Below are positions 27,661 to 43,782 of a stretch of 64,000 nt of DNA, piece by piece. The position numbers were made by a program, and so were the translations under genes. Source of the DNA: Octopus vulgaris. Its lineage: Eukaryota. Positions within the stretch are counted from its first letter, which is position 1. Each line of letters begins with the position of its first letter. Under the pieces are notes generated by a model. That model ran no database searches, was not told where the DNA came from, and saw only the letters and a list, made by a program, of their open reading frames with translations. The DNA is taken from NCBI GenBank assembly GCA_951406725.2, contig OX597828.1, positions 32,054,001 to 32,118,000 on the forward strand, read 5' to 3'.

Positions 27661-28200
27661 TTAAATAAACAATAATTATTCATTACAAAGTCAGGAGGCT
27701 CTACGAAGAGAGAACGGTTTCGATATATCAATTTAATAGATATAAAGGCACAATAAGTATCAAGAAGCCTTTTCTTTGAAATGTATTATGTTGACAAAAT
27801 GGCTATTTGTCAATTTTACAATTGATTTTTCACATTTCATATTTGTACCATTGTCCTTTATGTTAAGTCGCCGAAAACAATTTTTCATTAGTCCGTATGA
27901 ATTACAAATAGTTGGCAACACGATATGATGGAATGTTTTTTTTTTTTCATCTGTTGCTACAAATCGTCGCTATATTTGCAACATTTTGATTGCTAAATTC
28001 AGTTTCCTTTCATGTATACTCTACAGAGATTTTCTCGTCGTTGATTTGTCGCTTGGTGTTTAATTTTCACAAAGGTTTCCCATCACATCGCCAAGATCCA
28101 CATTTCTGTGAAAAAATATATATACAACGCTAGTGTTCTGTAATTACGTTGGCTTATGTTGTAACGTTAGTAAGCACAGATGCGCGCACACGTACATATG

Positions 28201-28243
<43 letters not shown>

Positions 28244-28504
28244 TATAAATACATATATATATATTTATATATATATATGTATATGAATATGTTTTTAGAA
28301 ACTATTTTCAGAGAAGCCATTTTTATTTTACGCTATTGCAACACTGCAGTCTGTATATTTATGGATTGACAACACGAGTAATGTTATTGACGAAAATGTT
28401 GACCATCATTATAATCTCGATAATATTGGTGACGAGAAAGCGCGAGGAAATTATATTTGTTATGCAAAAGATTATTAACTGCTCCATCTTTAAACATATG
28501 CTTG

Positions 28505-28872
28505 TTATCATGTACCTGTTTCCTTCATTGGACTGCGACATTGCAGTGGTACAACCTTGAATGGTTTACTAGAACAATATGAATTCATTATTCGTCTATT
28601 ATAGTCAGTTATTTATTCCATCTGGTTCTTTCTTGCTAAGCCCACAAGTATAGGGTCATATATAAACTATTACCAGGTGGAATTGTTAGAGCCTAGCACA
28701 AATACATATATACACCATAACTCACATGCACACATAATCCCGGCTTCAAGATTCTGTCTACCAGATTCATTCAGAGTGCGTTGGTCGGCCGAGGGCTGTA
28801 GGGAAAGAGATGCGGTGAGGTGGAATCCTAAAGTATGTGGTTGTAAAGTGAGCCACTAAACCACCCAGTAAC
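28505..28872 (-). mobile_element. Decayed tRNA-derived SINE
   Basis: cattggactgcgacattgc, gtctacca..ttca, ttggtcggccgagggcta-like, atgtggttg motifs shared with the family. Confidence 0.6.
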
Positions 28873-31800
28873 TGTAAAAAAGAAGTGATCTTGAAATTCT
28901 CTTCCTTTCATGTAATATTTAATTTTTGCATAGCATAAAAGCGTTTTTGTTTTAATTTTTATTTAGTTTTTGTTTAGCATGTATGTCGATAAATCCCCCA
29001 AATAATAATCTAATATTTAGTAAAATGGGAAAAATAATATTTTAAAATTTCCTTCTAGCGTAATGTTATAGGAATATTAAAACTTTGAAGGTTTTTTTAA
29101 CTAGCAACCATCATTTCAAAGAACTTTATTGGTTTTCGTTTCAGGTATCTGTGCATCTATACTATGAATTATCACGGGGGAAAGTTGTAAAGAAAGTTGC
29201 GCATATGAATAAATAGTTATTATATACGTAATAATATACATAGTCATGCACTCTGTTCTAAAAGGCATTATGTACTTACTTGCCTGTACTTCCGTATAAT
29301 TTTATCAAGATCGATACTTACAAAAGTTATAGTAGTAATAGTATGAAAGGGGGAAATCAATGTTTGCAAGAATGCTTCCAATCACCAAGAAATCAATATT
29401 ATCGATAATGGCAGACTTATATTGATTTTTCTATCATTTTGCTGTGATCACACACACACATATATGTACATCCATACATACTTTGACATACACGCACACA
29501 CACACACACGCGCATACCAACGCACACTTACCCATACATATAGAATAACACTTCTTTCACTCTTTTATTTCTATAAAGAATTACTTGAATGAACATTCTG
29601 CAATTATTTACGAAAATGGAAACTGTTACTTTGGCAACGAATATCTAACAACTAAGTATTCTAAATATATGATGTAAGGCTATCTTGGAATTCAATGTAA
29701 AAATCAAGCATGAATGGAAGAATCTGCCACCGAGCAGCTATTCAACTTAGGCATTGCTACTCGTCTAGGTTAAGAGGCTTTCAAAGATGACTTACACGAA
29801 TCATTTATCAAAGATCGATAAGACACGAAATCCCTTTCATTCTAAAGTCCACAAGAGTTTTCCAAAATGACATGATTGCTATTCAATCAATAGGCAACTA
29901 TGTCTAGAAATAAAAGGTACATAATTATTGCAGAAAAATAAACACAATTTATTCTGTTTGTAGAACTATCCAATATTCATCAAGTTATTACTCCATTGAT
30001 TGCTTTGTTCTCCGTGTTTCAGATTAATTAGAATATGATGAGAATTTTTTCATATACATATGTTATAATCCTCTCAATTCTTTGAACAGTGCCAGAATTA
30101 TCTAATGAGATATGCAATATATTTTTATTTTAAATTCCTGGTGAGATTTTGCTGATGCTAGCTGAAATGAGCAAATTTACTTTATTGATTTTTCTTCATC
30201 AGAAGGAAAATTATTTGATAATTATTTATTATCTCTTCACTGCTAAAAGCATTTCGTATAAGTTCCGCTTAAAGAAAATAAGAAAAAATTTAACTCACAG
30301 CTACTAAGCTAAACTTATTAGTGTTTATATATGGAAAATTTTAGTCAAGGTTTGTCATAAATGTCTTTATTAGTAACTCACAATCAGGGTTTTTTTTTCC
30401 TGTGTGGAGGTAAAATTTTAACTGCAGAATTTGCAAATTTAACATTGTAGGAATTTTCGAACAGTGTTTTATATACAAGTAGTTACATTAACATGAATAG
30501 AATTTACACTAGGATATCAAAGTGACATACTTAAATATTTCTTGGGATTTCACTTCATCGTCGGACTACCATTTCAGTGAAGATCGGTTTTTCTGACTGG
30601 TTTCTGGCAGTCACGGTAAGAGAAAGGGTTTTTCAACATGTAACACTATCTACAAATTGCTCAAATGATATCAGTGGAATAAAGTAAATCTGCCAAGTAT
30701 CAGACTAGATATGGTTTTACTATCCAATGAGAATAGGAATGAGGAATGGATATACAACCAGCTTACTAACCCTAGTGTTTATTGTGTCATAATAATGAGT
30801 TATACAATGAAACGCAATCAGGTATCTATGAAAATGTATCATTTCATGTGTATATATATATATTTCGATATATTTCGCATTGTCATACTAAGCAACGTCT
30901 AATCATCTGAAAATATCACATTCCTGAATTTTCTAATCAGTGTCTGAGAGAAAAATATACGTTTGAAGTAAGGAAAATCGAACATAATATGAGATACTTA
31001 AAGAGATTTCATTCTATGGAAATATCGTGTTTCAAATATCATTAATTGACATACCAGGAAGAGATAATTGATATACTGAAACACGTATTTCCTTTATAGT
31101 TTTCATACTAGGAGAGAAATATTACGTTTGCCATATATGTTTGTGTGGGTATGTGTGTATACACACACACATATACATACATATATATTTATGTATGTGC
31201 GTGTGTATGTGCGTGTGTATGCTTCTGTATATTTTTGAGTGTACGAATGCACATATGTGAGAACAGATTCATCAGTGTATGTATGTGTATTTGCGATACG
31301 CGTAAAACAGTAGATATTTCCATAGAGACAAGGACAGGGATATCAATATCGAAATAGATAGCGAAACATAAATACATTAGTTATTATCTTTATTACATTG
31401 CAAAGAACAAAGAAATGCACCACCACATCGATTGAGTTGATACCAACTGAATGAAATCAATAGATTCTTTCCTATCACTGTCGATTTATTTAGTCCACAA
31501 CAACACACGTACACAATCGCAAAACAATAGCAAAATAGCTGCTATCTGCAAGTTTGACCAGCTGAAAGTAGCAGTCAGGTCTCTTTCAGTTTTATATTGC
31601 ATTTCGTTTACATTTGAAGCAAGAAAAACAAGGGTTGCGTAGTTACGTCTTACGTTTGCAGGACCTTGCCCCAAGTTCTGTAAGGTTAGTGCTGAACCGG
31701 GCAATTCAACAATACTTAGTTTTCAACGATTCGTCTACGCTTGTGTTATGACATATTTGAATACTGAAGGCAGTTAGAGAGGGGTAGAATGGAACATTAT

Positions 31801-32275
31801 TCACTTGCTTACCTCAAAGTATATATAAAAAAAAATCATTTCCATGTATAATATTAGTGTTGGGGAGCATATGTTTAGTATTTAGACATGCAATTTTCTT
31901 TTATTGAAAAAGTAATATTTCCTCTTCTATTGCGAATTTAATTACTCTCATCGCGTCATTACGACAATGTTAAATGAGAAAAAAATGATTGATTTCCACA
32001 GGAACTGAAACAAGAGGAGCATTGTGATATTATCATTACTCACATTTCTGTTTCTTTGTGTTTGATTAAATATACAGTGTTTGCTATTATTATCGAAGAA
32101 TCATTTGCTAAAGCATGTACTGCGATTGTTTTCCAAATTGTAATGATATATTCCAAGTCATATTCCATTACTTATACATTGATCTAAAATATTTCTTTAA
32201 TAACAAAATAAGTATTTCGAATTTAGATTGTTACAAAAGAAACCTAAAACCAGCGTTATATTGAATTTCTTGTCG

Positions 32276-32517
<242 letters not shown>

Positions 32518-32520
<3 letters not shown>

Positions 32521-34890
32521 TTCATTATCATCTTCTTTCCATTGTGTCCATTTCTTGCCGAGTGTCTTCCTGACACTTCGGGCAGAGAAAAGCACTGTAT
32601 ACATGGGTCGGTCATTAAAATAAACTCACCAGATTGTTCCTTTACAAAGTTGTGCGATGGAGAAAAAGGGAAAGAAAGACAGAGAAAAACGAAACAATTA
32701 AAAAAATGTAAAAGTAAACAAAGAAAATAAAGGAGAAAAGGAGGAAAGAAAATTCACAGCGACGATTCTAGTCTCAGTACGTGTGATTTACCAGTTAAGA
32801 CAGTCTTTTGCACTTCTCACCCTCACCAAAACTTCAGTTTCTGCACTTCCATCCTGCTGTTCAGCCAGGGTATTATACATGGACTCACGTGAAAATTTGT
32901 TTGCTGCCCTTCATAACAGAATGAAGCTTCTTACGTCTTTTATGCTTTTTAATGAAGTTTAGCGTCCAGTTGGTATACGTTTGAAGATATTTTGACGGCC
33001 CAATTGTGGCGGTTTTGTTAAAGATTTCAAATTGTATCAAGCCTCGACCTCCTCGAGCTATGGGTAGGTAAAGACGATCTGTGCGTGCTTCTAGGTGCTG
33101 CATCTTATTGCAAGCGACTCTTCCTCATTTCGCTCATATTCCAGTTCAACACAAGGAAACTCGAAATAACTACCAGAAGTGCTAAAACATTTATAGTTAA
33201 CACCTTGTTACGTGCGTCGTTCATATCCCAGTTCAGCACATTGAAACTCTATTTAACGATCGGAAGTGCTGGGGGATCTAGAGCTAAACTGTATTACATG
33301 AATTTAACTCGGATTTTAGGACTCCCCGAACTCTCCTGTGACATTCCTTCCTGATATTCTCTTTCATGCTCCCATGTTGAATGCCAGATCCCTCATTTAT
33401 TCCGAAGTATTTGTGAGTTTATTCCTGCTCGAGTTCTTTTATATCTGTGTCAACATCGAACACTACTGAATGTGAGGTCTTCAGTTTCCCTTTCTGGATA
33501 GTGGCCTTGGCACTTTTATCAAGACCAAATTCCCTCCTCATGTTATCAAAGTAATTTTCTTTCATGCTAAATATCGTCTTTGCCATAGAGTTTTAAGTCA
33601 TTCATATCAAATAGTTGTCTATTTTCTTGCCACCAATTTTATGTCCGTTAAGTTCAACTCTAAGGGGAATTAGGGCTACGCAAAAACTTGAAGGTGAAAA
33701 TGAGTTATCTTGGACAATACCACAGTTAATGTTTTTGGTTAGTATTCCATTAGATTGGTATAATTGGAGATTCGTATTCCACACCGACATGTTGTGCTAC
33801 AGTTAGTTTGATATCACAGGGGAAATTTTGAAGATATCCAGCGCTTTCAAGATCCATGAATGCGGTATGCTGTGAACGGTTTTTATAGAATCAATCCATG
33901 CCGAACTGAGATTTCTGCGTGTAGTGTGACTGTTCTCAAGGTTCATGCGATTGATTAAGGGCTGATCTTTGCATCCATATAAGCCTCGCCGGCAACAGCT
34001 CTTTTCCATTAATATGTGTTTTCTCCACGGGTATGGATGTTGAGATTTTATACGTGCTAGATAGATGTGTTCTGGTCCGATACTTTTCAGGAAGTTGGTT
34101 TCATTATTCTTCGCTTGTAGGTTTTCGTAGGATCTCTCATAATTACATTGAATAACTGGACCAACTCTTCGCGTGCGCACGGTAGCGATGCAAGCCAGAA
34201 AATCAGCTCCCTATCATTACCAGAGGGTTACCAACTATGAGCCTTCGTGAGTGTCATTCTTCGGTCTGTTGTTGTGATGTCTTCCCATGCTTGTTCTGAT
34301 AAGTTTTGGTAGGATCATTCTTTGCGTTTAATCCAGTCTGCATTTTCGTTGTAATTATTTTCGTCACCCCAGATATTTTTCCAGAAGCTCTCCACTTCTT
34401 ATTTGCGAAGTAGTCCTCAATGGTTATTTTCTCCTCCCTTATTTCTTTGTAGAATGTTTTCGCATTGGGCATGAACAGCTAATTTTGCTTGTAAAACTTG
34501 TATCTCTTTCTCAAATATTTGCATTCTTTGAGCTTTTACTTGGACTTTTCGTTGCAGTGTTTCTATTGCTGAAAGCAGTTGTCCTCTCGGTGAGAATCTA
34601 CGCTTTCTCTTCATCTTTCTTTCTTTTCTGGTTTTTACATCGTTTCCACGGAATAGTTAATTAAATATTGATATTTCACGTCTCATTATTTCAATCCCTT
34701 TTTCAATTTTACTTTTCCAGTTTTGAATTCTTCTTACGTCTGTATTTCTATGTTTTTTTTCTTTCAGAGGCATACAACTTGCTTCAATTGTGTTAGCAGC
34801 TGCGTAAATAATTTCGTTTAATTCAGTGAGATCTGATTTTAGTTCGAGTATAACTTTTTGTGCTAAATTGTTTCCAACTTTAATTTGCAT
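32518..34890 (-). mobile_element. Decayed R4/Dong-clade LINE, copy B (RT region; C-terminal endonuclease deleted)
   Basis: GCKDQPLIN..NLSSAWID..SIPHSWI, GIVQDNSFSP, RTDRLYLPIARGGRGLIQFE; 3' end tctgccc..gtgtcaggaagacactcggcaagaaat. Confidence 0.85.
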
Positions 34891-36457
34891 TTATTATTTT
34901 TTTTTCTTCTTTCTTCAAATTTTCTTCGATTTCTCGCCGAGTGTTTTCCGAATACCTAGGGCAGAGAAGCTTATTGTATGCTTTCCCAGATTACACACGC
35001 AAATTCACAGGTAAAATATGTATTTAAAAATTAATAAATAAATACATTCATGAATGGATGTTGTTTTCGCAGCAATAATGCTCTTTTCAGTACACGAGCC
35101 TTTCCAGTTAACACGATTTTTTGCACTTCCTGGTATCAATTTCAAATAGGTTTCAGGACCATTTGTTTTATCATTCCTAGCGACCCTACAATCACCGGTA
35201 CTGTAGTCGCCTTGAGATGTCACATTTTTTTCAGTTTCCTTTAGCAAGTCTTTATATTTACTGATCTTGTCAAATTCTTTCGCCGCTAAATTGTGATCGC
35301 AAGGAATGTCAATTAATAAACACACCTTTTTATGTCTGATCTTTTATAATAATATCCGATGTATTAGCTTATAAACTTTTTGTCGGTATGTACGGAGAAG
35401 TCTCAGAGAATTGAGACATTTTCTCCCTCAGTCACAGCTTCAGGATGGTGTTTATACTATTTGTCAGCGGTTTTGATTTTATAATGCCGACATATTGTCC
35501 AGTGTAAATGCTGGCCGACTCTGTCATGTCTTGCTTTATATTCTGCAGGTGCTAAAACTCCACACCCTGAGATTAGGTGGTCTATAGTTTCCATCTCTTC
35601 GTTACAGAATCGGCATTTTGGGTCAGCTCCATTTTTTTATCACGTTGCCTTGGTAGTTTCAGGTTAATAAGATTTTCTCTGGAGCAGCTAATATGAAACC
35701 TTCACTCTCTCATTTTAGCCCTGAGCTTCGTAACCATTGATGCGTGTGTTTCTGGTCGACATCAGCTCGTTTGCTACGGGCCACATACTTGCCATGCAGA
35801 GGCTTCTGTTTCCATCTGCAAGCTAAATTTCCATGTGTTTTGTCTCTGCAATTAATTTTATTTTCTTTGCAACAGCAGTTGGCGTATTTCCTTCAACCTG
35901 ATCAATATGGTAGGTATCTAAGAGATTAGAAGCGAATTTTTTGCTCACTTTCAGAATAGAGTGAAGATTTTTCGGTCTTTCGTGTTTTTGAACAAGTTAT
36001 AGCATCCAATCGTTGGTTGTTTCAAGGTATTTGGCCAGTCCGATTGTTGTGGTTTTACGTAATTTCAAGCTGGATCAAACCTCGACCTCCCTGAGCTCTG
36101 GGAAGGTAAAGACGATCCACGTCTGCCTTTGGATATTGCATCTTATTACAAGTCAGTAGATTGCGGATTTTTAAAATCAATTTTCAATATTTCACTTGTA
36201 TTCCAGTTTAGCACATTGAAGCTATAAAGAACAACTGAGACTGCTAAGGAATTTATGGCTAACACCTTATTATATACATTCAGCTGAGACATCAGGACTG
36301 CTCGAACTCTTCTATAACATTCTTTCTTAACCTTCTCTTTCATGCTTGCATGCTGGATATCAGAGCTTCATTTATTCCTAGGTATTTATAGGTTTGTTCC
36401 TGCCTAAGTTCCTTTATTACTGTTTCGACATCTAATTCGATTGGACTTGATTTTACC
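34891..36457 (-). mobile_element. 5'-truncated R4/Dong-clade LINE, copy A (RT C-term, zinc knuckle, RLE endonuclease)
   Basis: YKYLGI, NKVLAINSLAV, DVDRLYLPRAQGGRGL, LHGKY, CRFC..ETIDHLISGC, RHDRVG, LIDIPCD..K..KYKDL; same 3' motif as copy B; 5' end abuts (TAA)n. Confidence 0.88.
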
Positions 36458-37160
<703 letters not shown>

Positions 37161-37757
37161 TTTCCCCAGTTTTTTTTTGTTTCTTCGATATCTACTTTAG
37201 ACCACTAAGTTATTGCAATGTCAAAAGTATTACACATTTTCTTATTCTTCTTTTCAACAATTATATCTGGGCTCGTCCAATTGTATGGCCAGTCTCTATG
37301 GATAAATCCCATAAAATCTTGTAATTATCATTCTCCATCAAAACTTCTGCATCGTTTTTACGCCACGTTTCCGTTATTTCAAATCTGAACACCTGGCTAA
37401 TATCCCAATGAACATTTTATTGCTACAGACGTTATTAAAAGTTGCTAGCTTTCAACATTCACATATAAGTTGGGTATTACGTTCGTCTCTTTCTCCACAC
37501 GCTCTGTATTTTATCTCTAGCTCTCTTTTATCAATTATCGCCCGAAGCATATTCTTTATAAAGGCTTCATCTTCAAAGACTACGATATGTGATGAAGGCT
37601 TTCGTTTCAGCTTGCTATATTTTAACTACAACCGACATGCTATATTATCAACGACTTTGATTTGCTGTAATTGACATTGTAATTCCTGCTTTTCTATCTG
37701 TTAGTACTGCCATAATCTCTGTTCTAAAATTCTTTCACTGTTTCGCCGACTACAACA

Positions 37758-37870
<113 letters not shown>

Positions 37871-37922
37871 CACGGCCAACACTGCAGTCACTACTACTGC
37901 TATGAGAATGTATCATTATTAA

Positions 37923-37984
<62 letters not shown>

Positions 37985-37985
<1 letters not shown>

Positions 37986-38180
37986 AGTGTTTAAGGAGAT
38001 GAGTTAGCACGCCGGACAAAATGCATCGCAGCATTTCATCCTTTTTTCCGAGTTCAAATTCCGCCTTGCACCCTTTTGTGTTCCATCAAATAACTACCAG
38101 TTAAACATTGGAGTCGACTGACAAACTCCTCCCCTCCCACTAACTTGTGAGGCACTAGGCCTATAATAGAAAGGATTAAT
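37985..38180 (+). mobile_element. Decayed Nin-domain SINE
   Basis: gttagcacgccggacaaaatgc...gagttcaaattccgcc. Confidence 0.6.
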
Positions 38181-38422
38181 ATCTTTCATTTTTACATCTC
38201 AAGAAACAATAATTCAGAAAATGTCCGAATACATCCAGATAATGTATAGAGATGTTTTGCTTGATTTTCAAACCTAGAAATAAAAGACACACATCCAATT
38301 TGATGTACTCTTCTCTTGATATAGGTAGTAAATAGAAAGGAGGAGTATGATATATACAGTTAAGAGGGTCAGCGACAACGTGATTAGATGTGTCTTTTCG
38401 TTTGTAATACAGTATAAACTAA

Positions 38423-38857
38423 TGTTGTGGCACGCACCGAAGTAACGCGAAGGCGAAATATGGTCGACTGAATATGTAGTTTATAATGATCCCCGAACAC
38501 CACTCAGCTATCACTAGCTGTGCCTAGCCGTGCGTAGTGGCAATATTAAGCACATGTTTTCGTTGAGTAGATGGTTGGTAAGCGTGTGCAGCATTGTTGT
38601 GGAATGATCCTGAGCACTCCCACGTGACTAAGCGTGAATTAACGCCTTTGAAAAATTGACAGCGTTTTTCGTTGGTGTTGGATTACTGTGTTAGTTTAAT
38701 ATGGTATCTATGTTTGGTGTAGTACGGAGTACGTTATGCATGAACATATTAATTTTTCAAAAAGTTATTCTAGTTAACCATATCCAAAGATATATTTGAG
38801 TTATACTTTTCTACATCCTTGTGCACACTCCAACGTCGCCATAACATTATTGGTGAC
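38423..38857 (+). mobile_element. Possible LTR followed by primer-binding site
   Basis: TGTTGTGG...CCATAACA termini, then ttat-TGGTGAC; no second LTR or clear gag/pol. Confidence 0.3.
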
Positions 38858-39133
38858 AATATATTCAAAACTCCCAAAGACAACGAAACACTCAAATAGG
38901 TAAAAAGGATGAACTGAATGTCTGATTTTGACTTTCCCCGATGTAATATTAAAATCCTTCAAGAATGGAAATTATACACTATAACATCGGGTTACAGAAT
39001 CTGGTGTTTCAAAACTGCCACTGGATTAGGCTACGAAAGTAATTGAGAAAATCACCTTATTATCACTTCCAAGGAACTTAAGCCAGTTGATAACCTGCAA
39101 TATTTTTGGTAAAAACAAGGGTGGCAATAATAT

Positions 39134-39460
39134 TGTGAAGGCGCATGGCTCAGTGGTTAGAGCGTGAAGCTTACGATCATGAGGTTACGAGTTCGATTCC
39201 GGCACCGGGGTTCGTGTTGTGTTCTTGAGCAAGACACTTTATTTCAAGTTAGTCCAGTTCACTCAGCTGTAGAAATGATTTGCGACGTTACCGGTGCCAA
39301 GATGTGACGGTCCTTTTGCCTTTCACTTGGATAATACGTGGAGAGGGGAGGCTGGTAAGCATGGGTGACTGCTGGTCTTCCATAAACAAACTTGCGCGGA
39401 CTTATGACCGGGAGTGGGTAACTTTCTAGGTTCAGCCTTGTGGTCATTCATGGCCGAAGC
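39134..39460 (+). mobile_element. tRNA-derived SINE (third family)
   Basis: TGGCTCAGTGG A box, GAGTTCGATTCC B box, cttgagcaagacactt and cactcagctg core motifs. Confidence 0.85.
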
Positions 39461-39973
39461 GTGCCTCAGTATTATTGGCAATAAATTGTCAGAAGTGTTT
39501 CGTTCTTTTTTTTTTTTTTTTTTGAACGAAAATAAATCCTCCACGTAAATGCGTGCTAATGCGAAAGTCGAATAAGAAATACAAAAGAGATTCGCCTAGA
39601 TTAGAAGGAAATCTACATCTTCTTGGACATTACGAAATAAGAAGAGTTAGATTGACAGCTTGTTAATTAACACCGCTAATTAAATGAAGAACTATAACAG
39701 TTAAGAATCTTGACATAATCGAATATTGGAGAAACCAACTAATATCGCATGATTACTTGAAAAACGCTTGACTAGTAAATGTTGCCTCAGCTGACGCAGC
39801 ATCTTACCATTGTGCACCGAGTTCAAATACCTGAGACTTTTTAGTATGGAGAAGCATTTCATCCTCTGTTTCATAGAAGCTGGCGGACTCTTACCAATGT
39901 AGATTTTACAAAGTATTTATGTGATTATGTCTCGTTTAAATAACTTGTGTATAAATATATATATATATTCATA

Positions 39974-40355
39974 CGTGTGGAGGCGCAATGGCTCACTGGC
40001 TAGGGTAGCGGACTCGCTGTCGTACGAACGCAGTTTCGATTCCCAGACTGGGCGTTATGAGAGTTTATTGAGCGAAAACATCTAAAGTTCCACAAGGATC
40101 CGGCAGGGGATGATGGTGAACACCGCTGTGCTTTTTCTCCAGAACATTCACTCACACTTTCTGTTTCTGTTGTACCTCTATTTCAAAAAGACCAGCCTTG
40201 CCACACTCTGTGTGACACTGAATCTCCCCGAGAACTGCGATAAGGGTACACGTGTATGCGCAGTACTCAGCCATATGCCCGTTAATTTCACGAGAAGGCT
40301 GTTTATGTGATCGGATCAACTGGAACCCTTGTCGTCATCACCGACGGAGTGCCAC
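39974..40355 (+). mobile_element. tRNA-derived SINE; head as 27345, different tail
   Basis: gtttcgattcccagac.gggcgtt...tttattgagcgaaaaca...ccggcagg shared; diverges after about 190 nt. Confidence 0.85.
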
Positions 40356-40569
40356 GATTCTTGTTTGTGTGTGTGTGCGTGTGTGTGTTTGTGTGTTACT
40401 AATCATATAATTAAAAATAGACGTAGTGCTTCAATTTACTGAATAATAATTTTCCACCCCTTTGGATTCTAAATAATTGATGCTCACTCTTATACTTAGG
40501 ATTTTTGTGATATTTTTCCGTATCAGTGAGTCCTGGTTATAGGAAAAGAAATATTAAATACCAACAGTT

Positions 40570-40669
40570 ATATTATCAGCAGCAGCAACAACATCAACTG
40601 CAGCAGTGGTATGAGCAGTAGCATGAGCAGTAGCAGCACCATCATCATCATCATCATCATCATCATGCA

Positions 40670-40709
<40 letters not shown>

Positions 40710-41039
40710 GCCGTCGTCGTCGTCACCATCATCGTTATCAAGCATTTCATCCTCCTCTTCATCGCCTCCGTCGTCGTCATCACCGTCATCATAATCAACC
40801 TCAATGCACTCGGCATTAGAAGATCAGTAACATCACATGAGAAGAGAGGAAATTATATTACTGTGTATTTCATTACGGCCCTCTAACTTCATGGCTCTAA
40901 TAAACCGAGACCAACTGTTCCTTTGATGTTCCTTAGTCTGTCGATAAAACGAAGTATATTGAAGAACTGATTTTGATAATAATCGCCTTCTGCATCCCTA
41001 AAGTATTGTGACCTTGAGATTATTATTTTCATTATTGAT

Positions 41040-41114
<75 letters not shown>

Positions 41115-41193
41115 TATTATTATTATTGCCATCCTTATGATGATGAGAATCATTATCATGATCATCACCATCATTACTATCATCATCATCATC

Positions 41194-41224
<31 letters not shown>

Positions 41225-41372
41225 CCATCATCACCAACATCACCACCACCACCATCACCACCACCACCACCACCACCACCAACACCATCATCATCATCAT
41301 CATAATGATTGTTACTATAGCTATTATCTAGTAGTAGAAGTAGCGGTAGTAGTAGTGGTAGTAGCAGTAGTA
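40570..41372. repeat. (CAG/CAT)n, (TTA)n, (CAT/CAC)n trinucleotide tracts
   Basis: Directly visible. Confidence 0.9.
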
Positions 41373-43004
41373 GAGATCGCCGCTAGAGATCTATTAAGCC
41401 TTGTTTTGATACCGCCCTCTAAAGTTAAATCCTAGTCAATGTTAAGCATAATGGAAAAACATGGTGTATTCTTTAATCTTGCCATGCAATAAGATTGTAA
41501 TTATAGGATTTATCTTTATACAGAATCATGACGTATCAAAATTCCTCATGCTAAATATTATAAGAAAGTGCCTACATTGTTTGCATTTAGATTGTACCCA
41601 TCATATGAAAAATGACTCGGGTTATCGTGATATTTTACCGATCAATTTAACGGAGTAAAATAGAGAAACTGAAGCCAAGAATTATGTTATCGAGAAGAGT
41701 ATAACAATACTTCTGTAACGAGCAAAGTCAGTAAAACAAAATTTGCATGCGGTAACATCAGTAGTATGAGATGTTTGATTGGAAGGGCAATTTTGACTTT
41801 GCAAACACAATTTGCAACGCACGAATATTCGACATGAAAGGTTCAGATGAGATGAAAGCATTGTTTGAAAGAAACATGTCCTCTAGTATCTGAAGTTGTT
41901 CCGAAGATGCGAGTTAAATGAGCGTTGATTGAACGGAGTATTACTAAATCCAATTGTTCCTTTGTTTACCCTCTAAAACACGAGTGATGCAGGTATAAGG
42001 CACTATATGAGTCATTTTTATAACTGGAAACCGGGCATAGGGCCACACTGTGTTATTCTGTCACGTTTTTGAACATAAGAAAACCTATCAGTGTTCATGA
42101 CGAAGATATGTAGCGAACAGAAAAAAAAAACAATACAACCGTTACGGCATTCATACGTGTCTCAGAAACTCATTCCTACTGCAATAAGGGCAGGTGGAAA
42201 TCCATGAGGAGATATAGGGCATATGTAACTGCATAGAGTGAGAAAAGTTCTGAGCAATCGGCAAATCAACAACTGATCCATGTAGTGCTAAGAATAATGT
42301 TGTGTAACTGACTGTTCAGATCAGAAACATCAGCCGTTGCACATATAAGGGACTTACTTCCGAAAAGTGTAGTAACACTTTAAATGACGAATATAATAAG
42401 ATGAATAACAAGGAGCGGAGCCAGAGGAGTTCATTATCTCGTGCGCAAATCCAGAACCAGTCCCAGTGGGATATAGCCATCAGCGTCAACTGATATTTAG
42501 GTGATATTTAAAAATGAAAAGTGCACTGTGGTGGCATGACACTGGAACGACAGAAAGAATGATAAATATGAATATAAGTCTTCATAATTTCTGTATAGAG
42601 GTCCCATATCCACTCCCATTTTTTTCACTAACCCGTATCCAAATAGTAAAGCCTACATATCATCTTTTCAGTAATGTTTGTGCTATTGAACGCACTCAAT
42701 ATATTACAATACGTACAGTGTATAATTGTGTAAATAACGTATTATTCTTATGGAAAATTAATCATATTTAAATCCCTTTGTATCTGTTTTTTGTTCGTGA
42801 ATTTTCCGTCATTCCGAAAGCAACTACTATCGCTAATTTAATTATTTCTGTTTTCACTCAAGTTATATCAATTATCTCAATTTATTGATGCGTGTATTTT
42901 AAAAATGTATTCTCTTTGAAATAGAGTTATGATATTTTGTGACTATATTATTACTTTTTGAAGGTATTTTCTCTCCTACTAACATCACTCATTTACACAT
43001 GTGA

Positions 43005-43580
43005 GTCTTAGACCTATTACACACGTCACGTAAAGGTCCTTGAACGCTTCTATCAGAGATGTCTCAGACATATTCTGAGTATTGGCTAGACCTTAAAACC
43101 TCCAGATACACAGGTACTGAGGAAAGCTGATATCCTGCATATTGAGGCGATGGTACATAAATAACGGTTACGTTGGATAGGACACCTTGTGAGAACGATA
43201 GCAGGATACCTAGACAGATGCTATACGAGGAACATGTTAATAGAAAGTGGCCTCGGCAGAAGCCAAGTCTGCGGTATAAGGACTCTGTAGAGTCCTCATT
43301 AAAGGCCAATGAAATGCGGGATGCTGACTGGGAGAGCAATGCTTGTCGTCGCCATGGATGGAAGCAACAGTTAAAGGAGATAGTCGATGCCTTTGAAAGA
43401 GCACGAATTTCTTCATGAAGATTTTAAGCGTGCTGCTCGAAAACGCACCGCTACTGTAATGAATGGGAACAGATTGGACTACAATGCTTGCAGTCGTGTA
43501 TGTTTCTCACGCAAGTGTGAAGTATAAGGTAGTCTGGACCGCACAATATTCATAACCGTCAGTAATGGTTTTCCTCGGTC
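43005..43580 (+). mobile_element. 3' fragment of RTE-clade LINE
   Basis: HVKVLERFYQRCLRHIL, RLRWIGHL, DSRIPRQMLY, KPSLRYKDS, WESNA..R..W, KRAARK. Confidence 0.85.
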
Positions 43581-43604
43581 ATGAGAGGTCAACCATCATC
43601 TATG

Positions 43605-43782
43605 TGACCACCGCTTTTGGTGTGTTTACTTCCACGTAATTTAGTTGTTCAGCACAAGAACATGATAGAATAAGTACTCGGCTTTAAACAATATGCCAAG
43701 GGGTCGATTTCCTCAAATAAAAACCCTACAAATGGTGCCAAGCATGGCCGCAGTAAAATTCGTGAAAAAGTTAAAAGAAAAC
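43605..43782 (+). mobile_element. 3' half of tRNA-derived SINE
   Basis: ggtgtgtttac...gatagaataagtact...ggggtcgatt...ggtgccaagcatggccgcag. Confidence 0.7.
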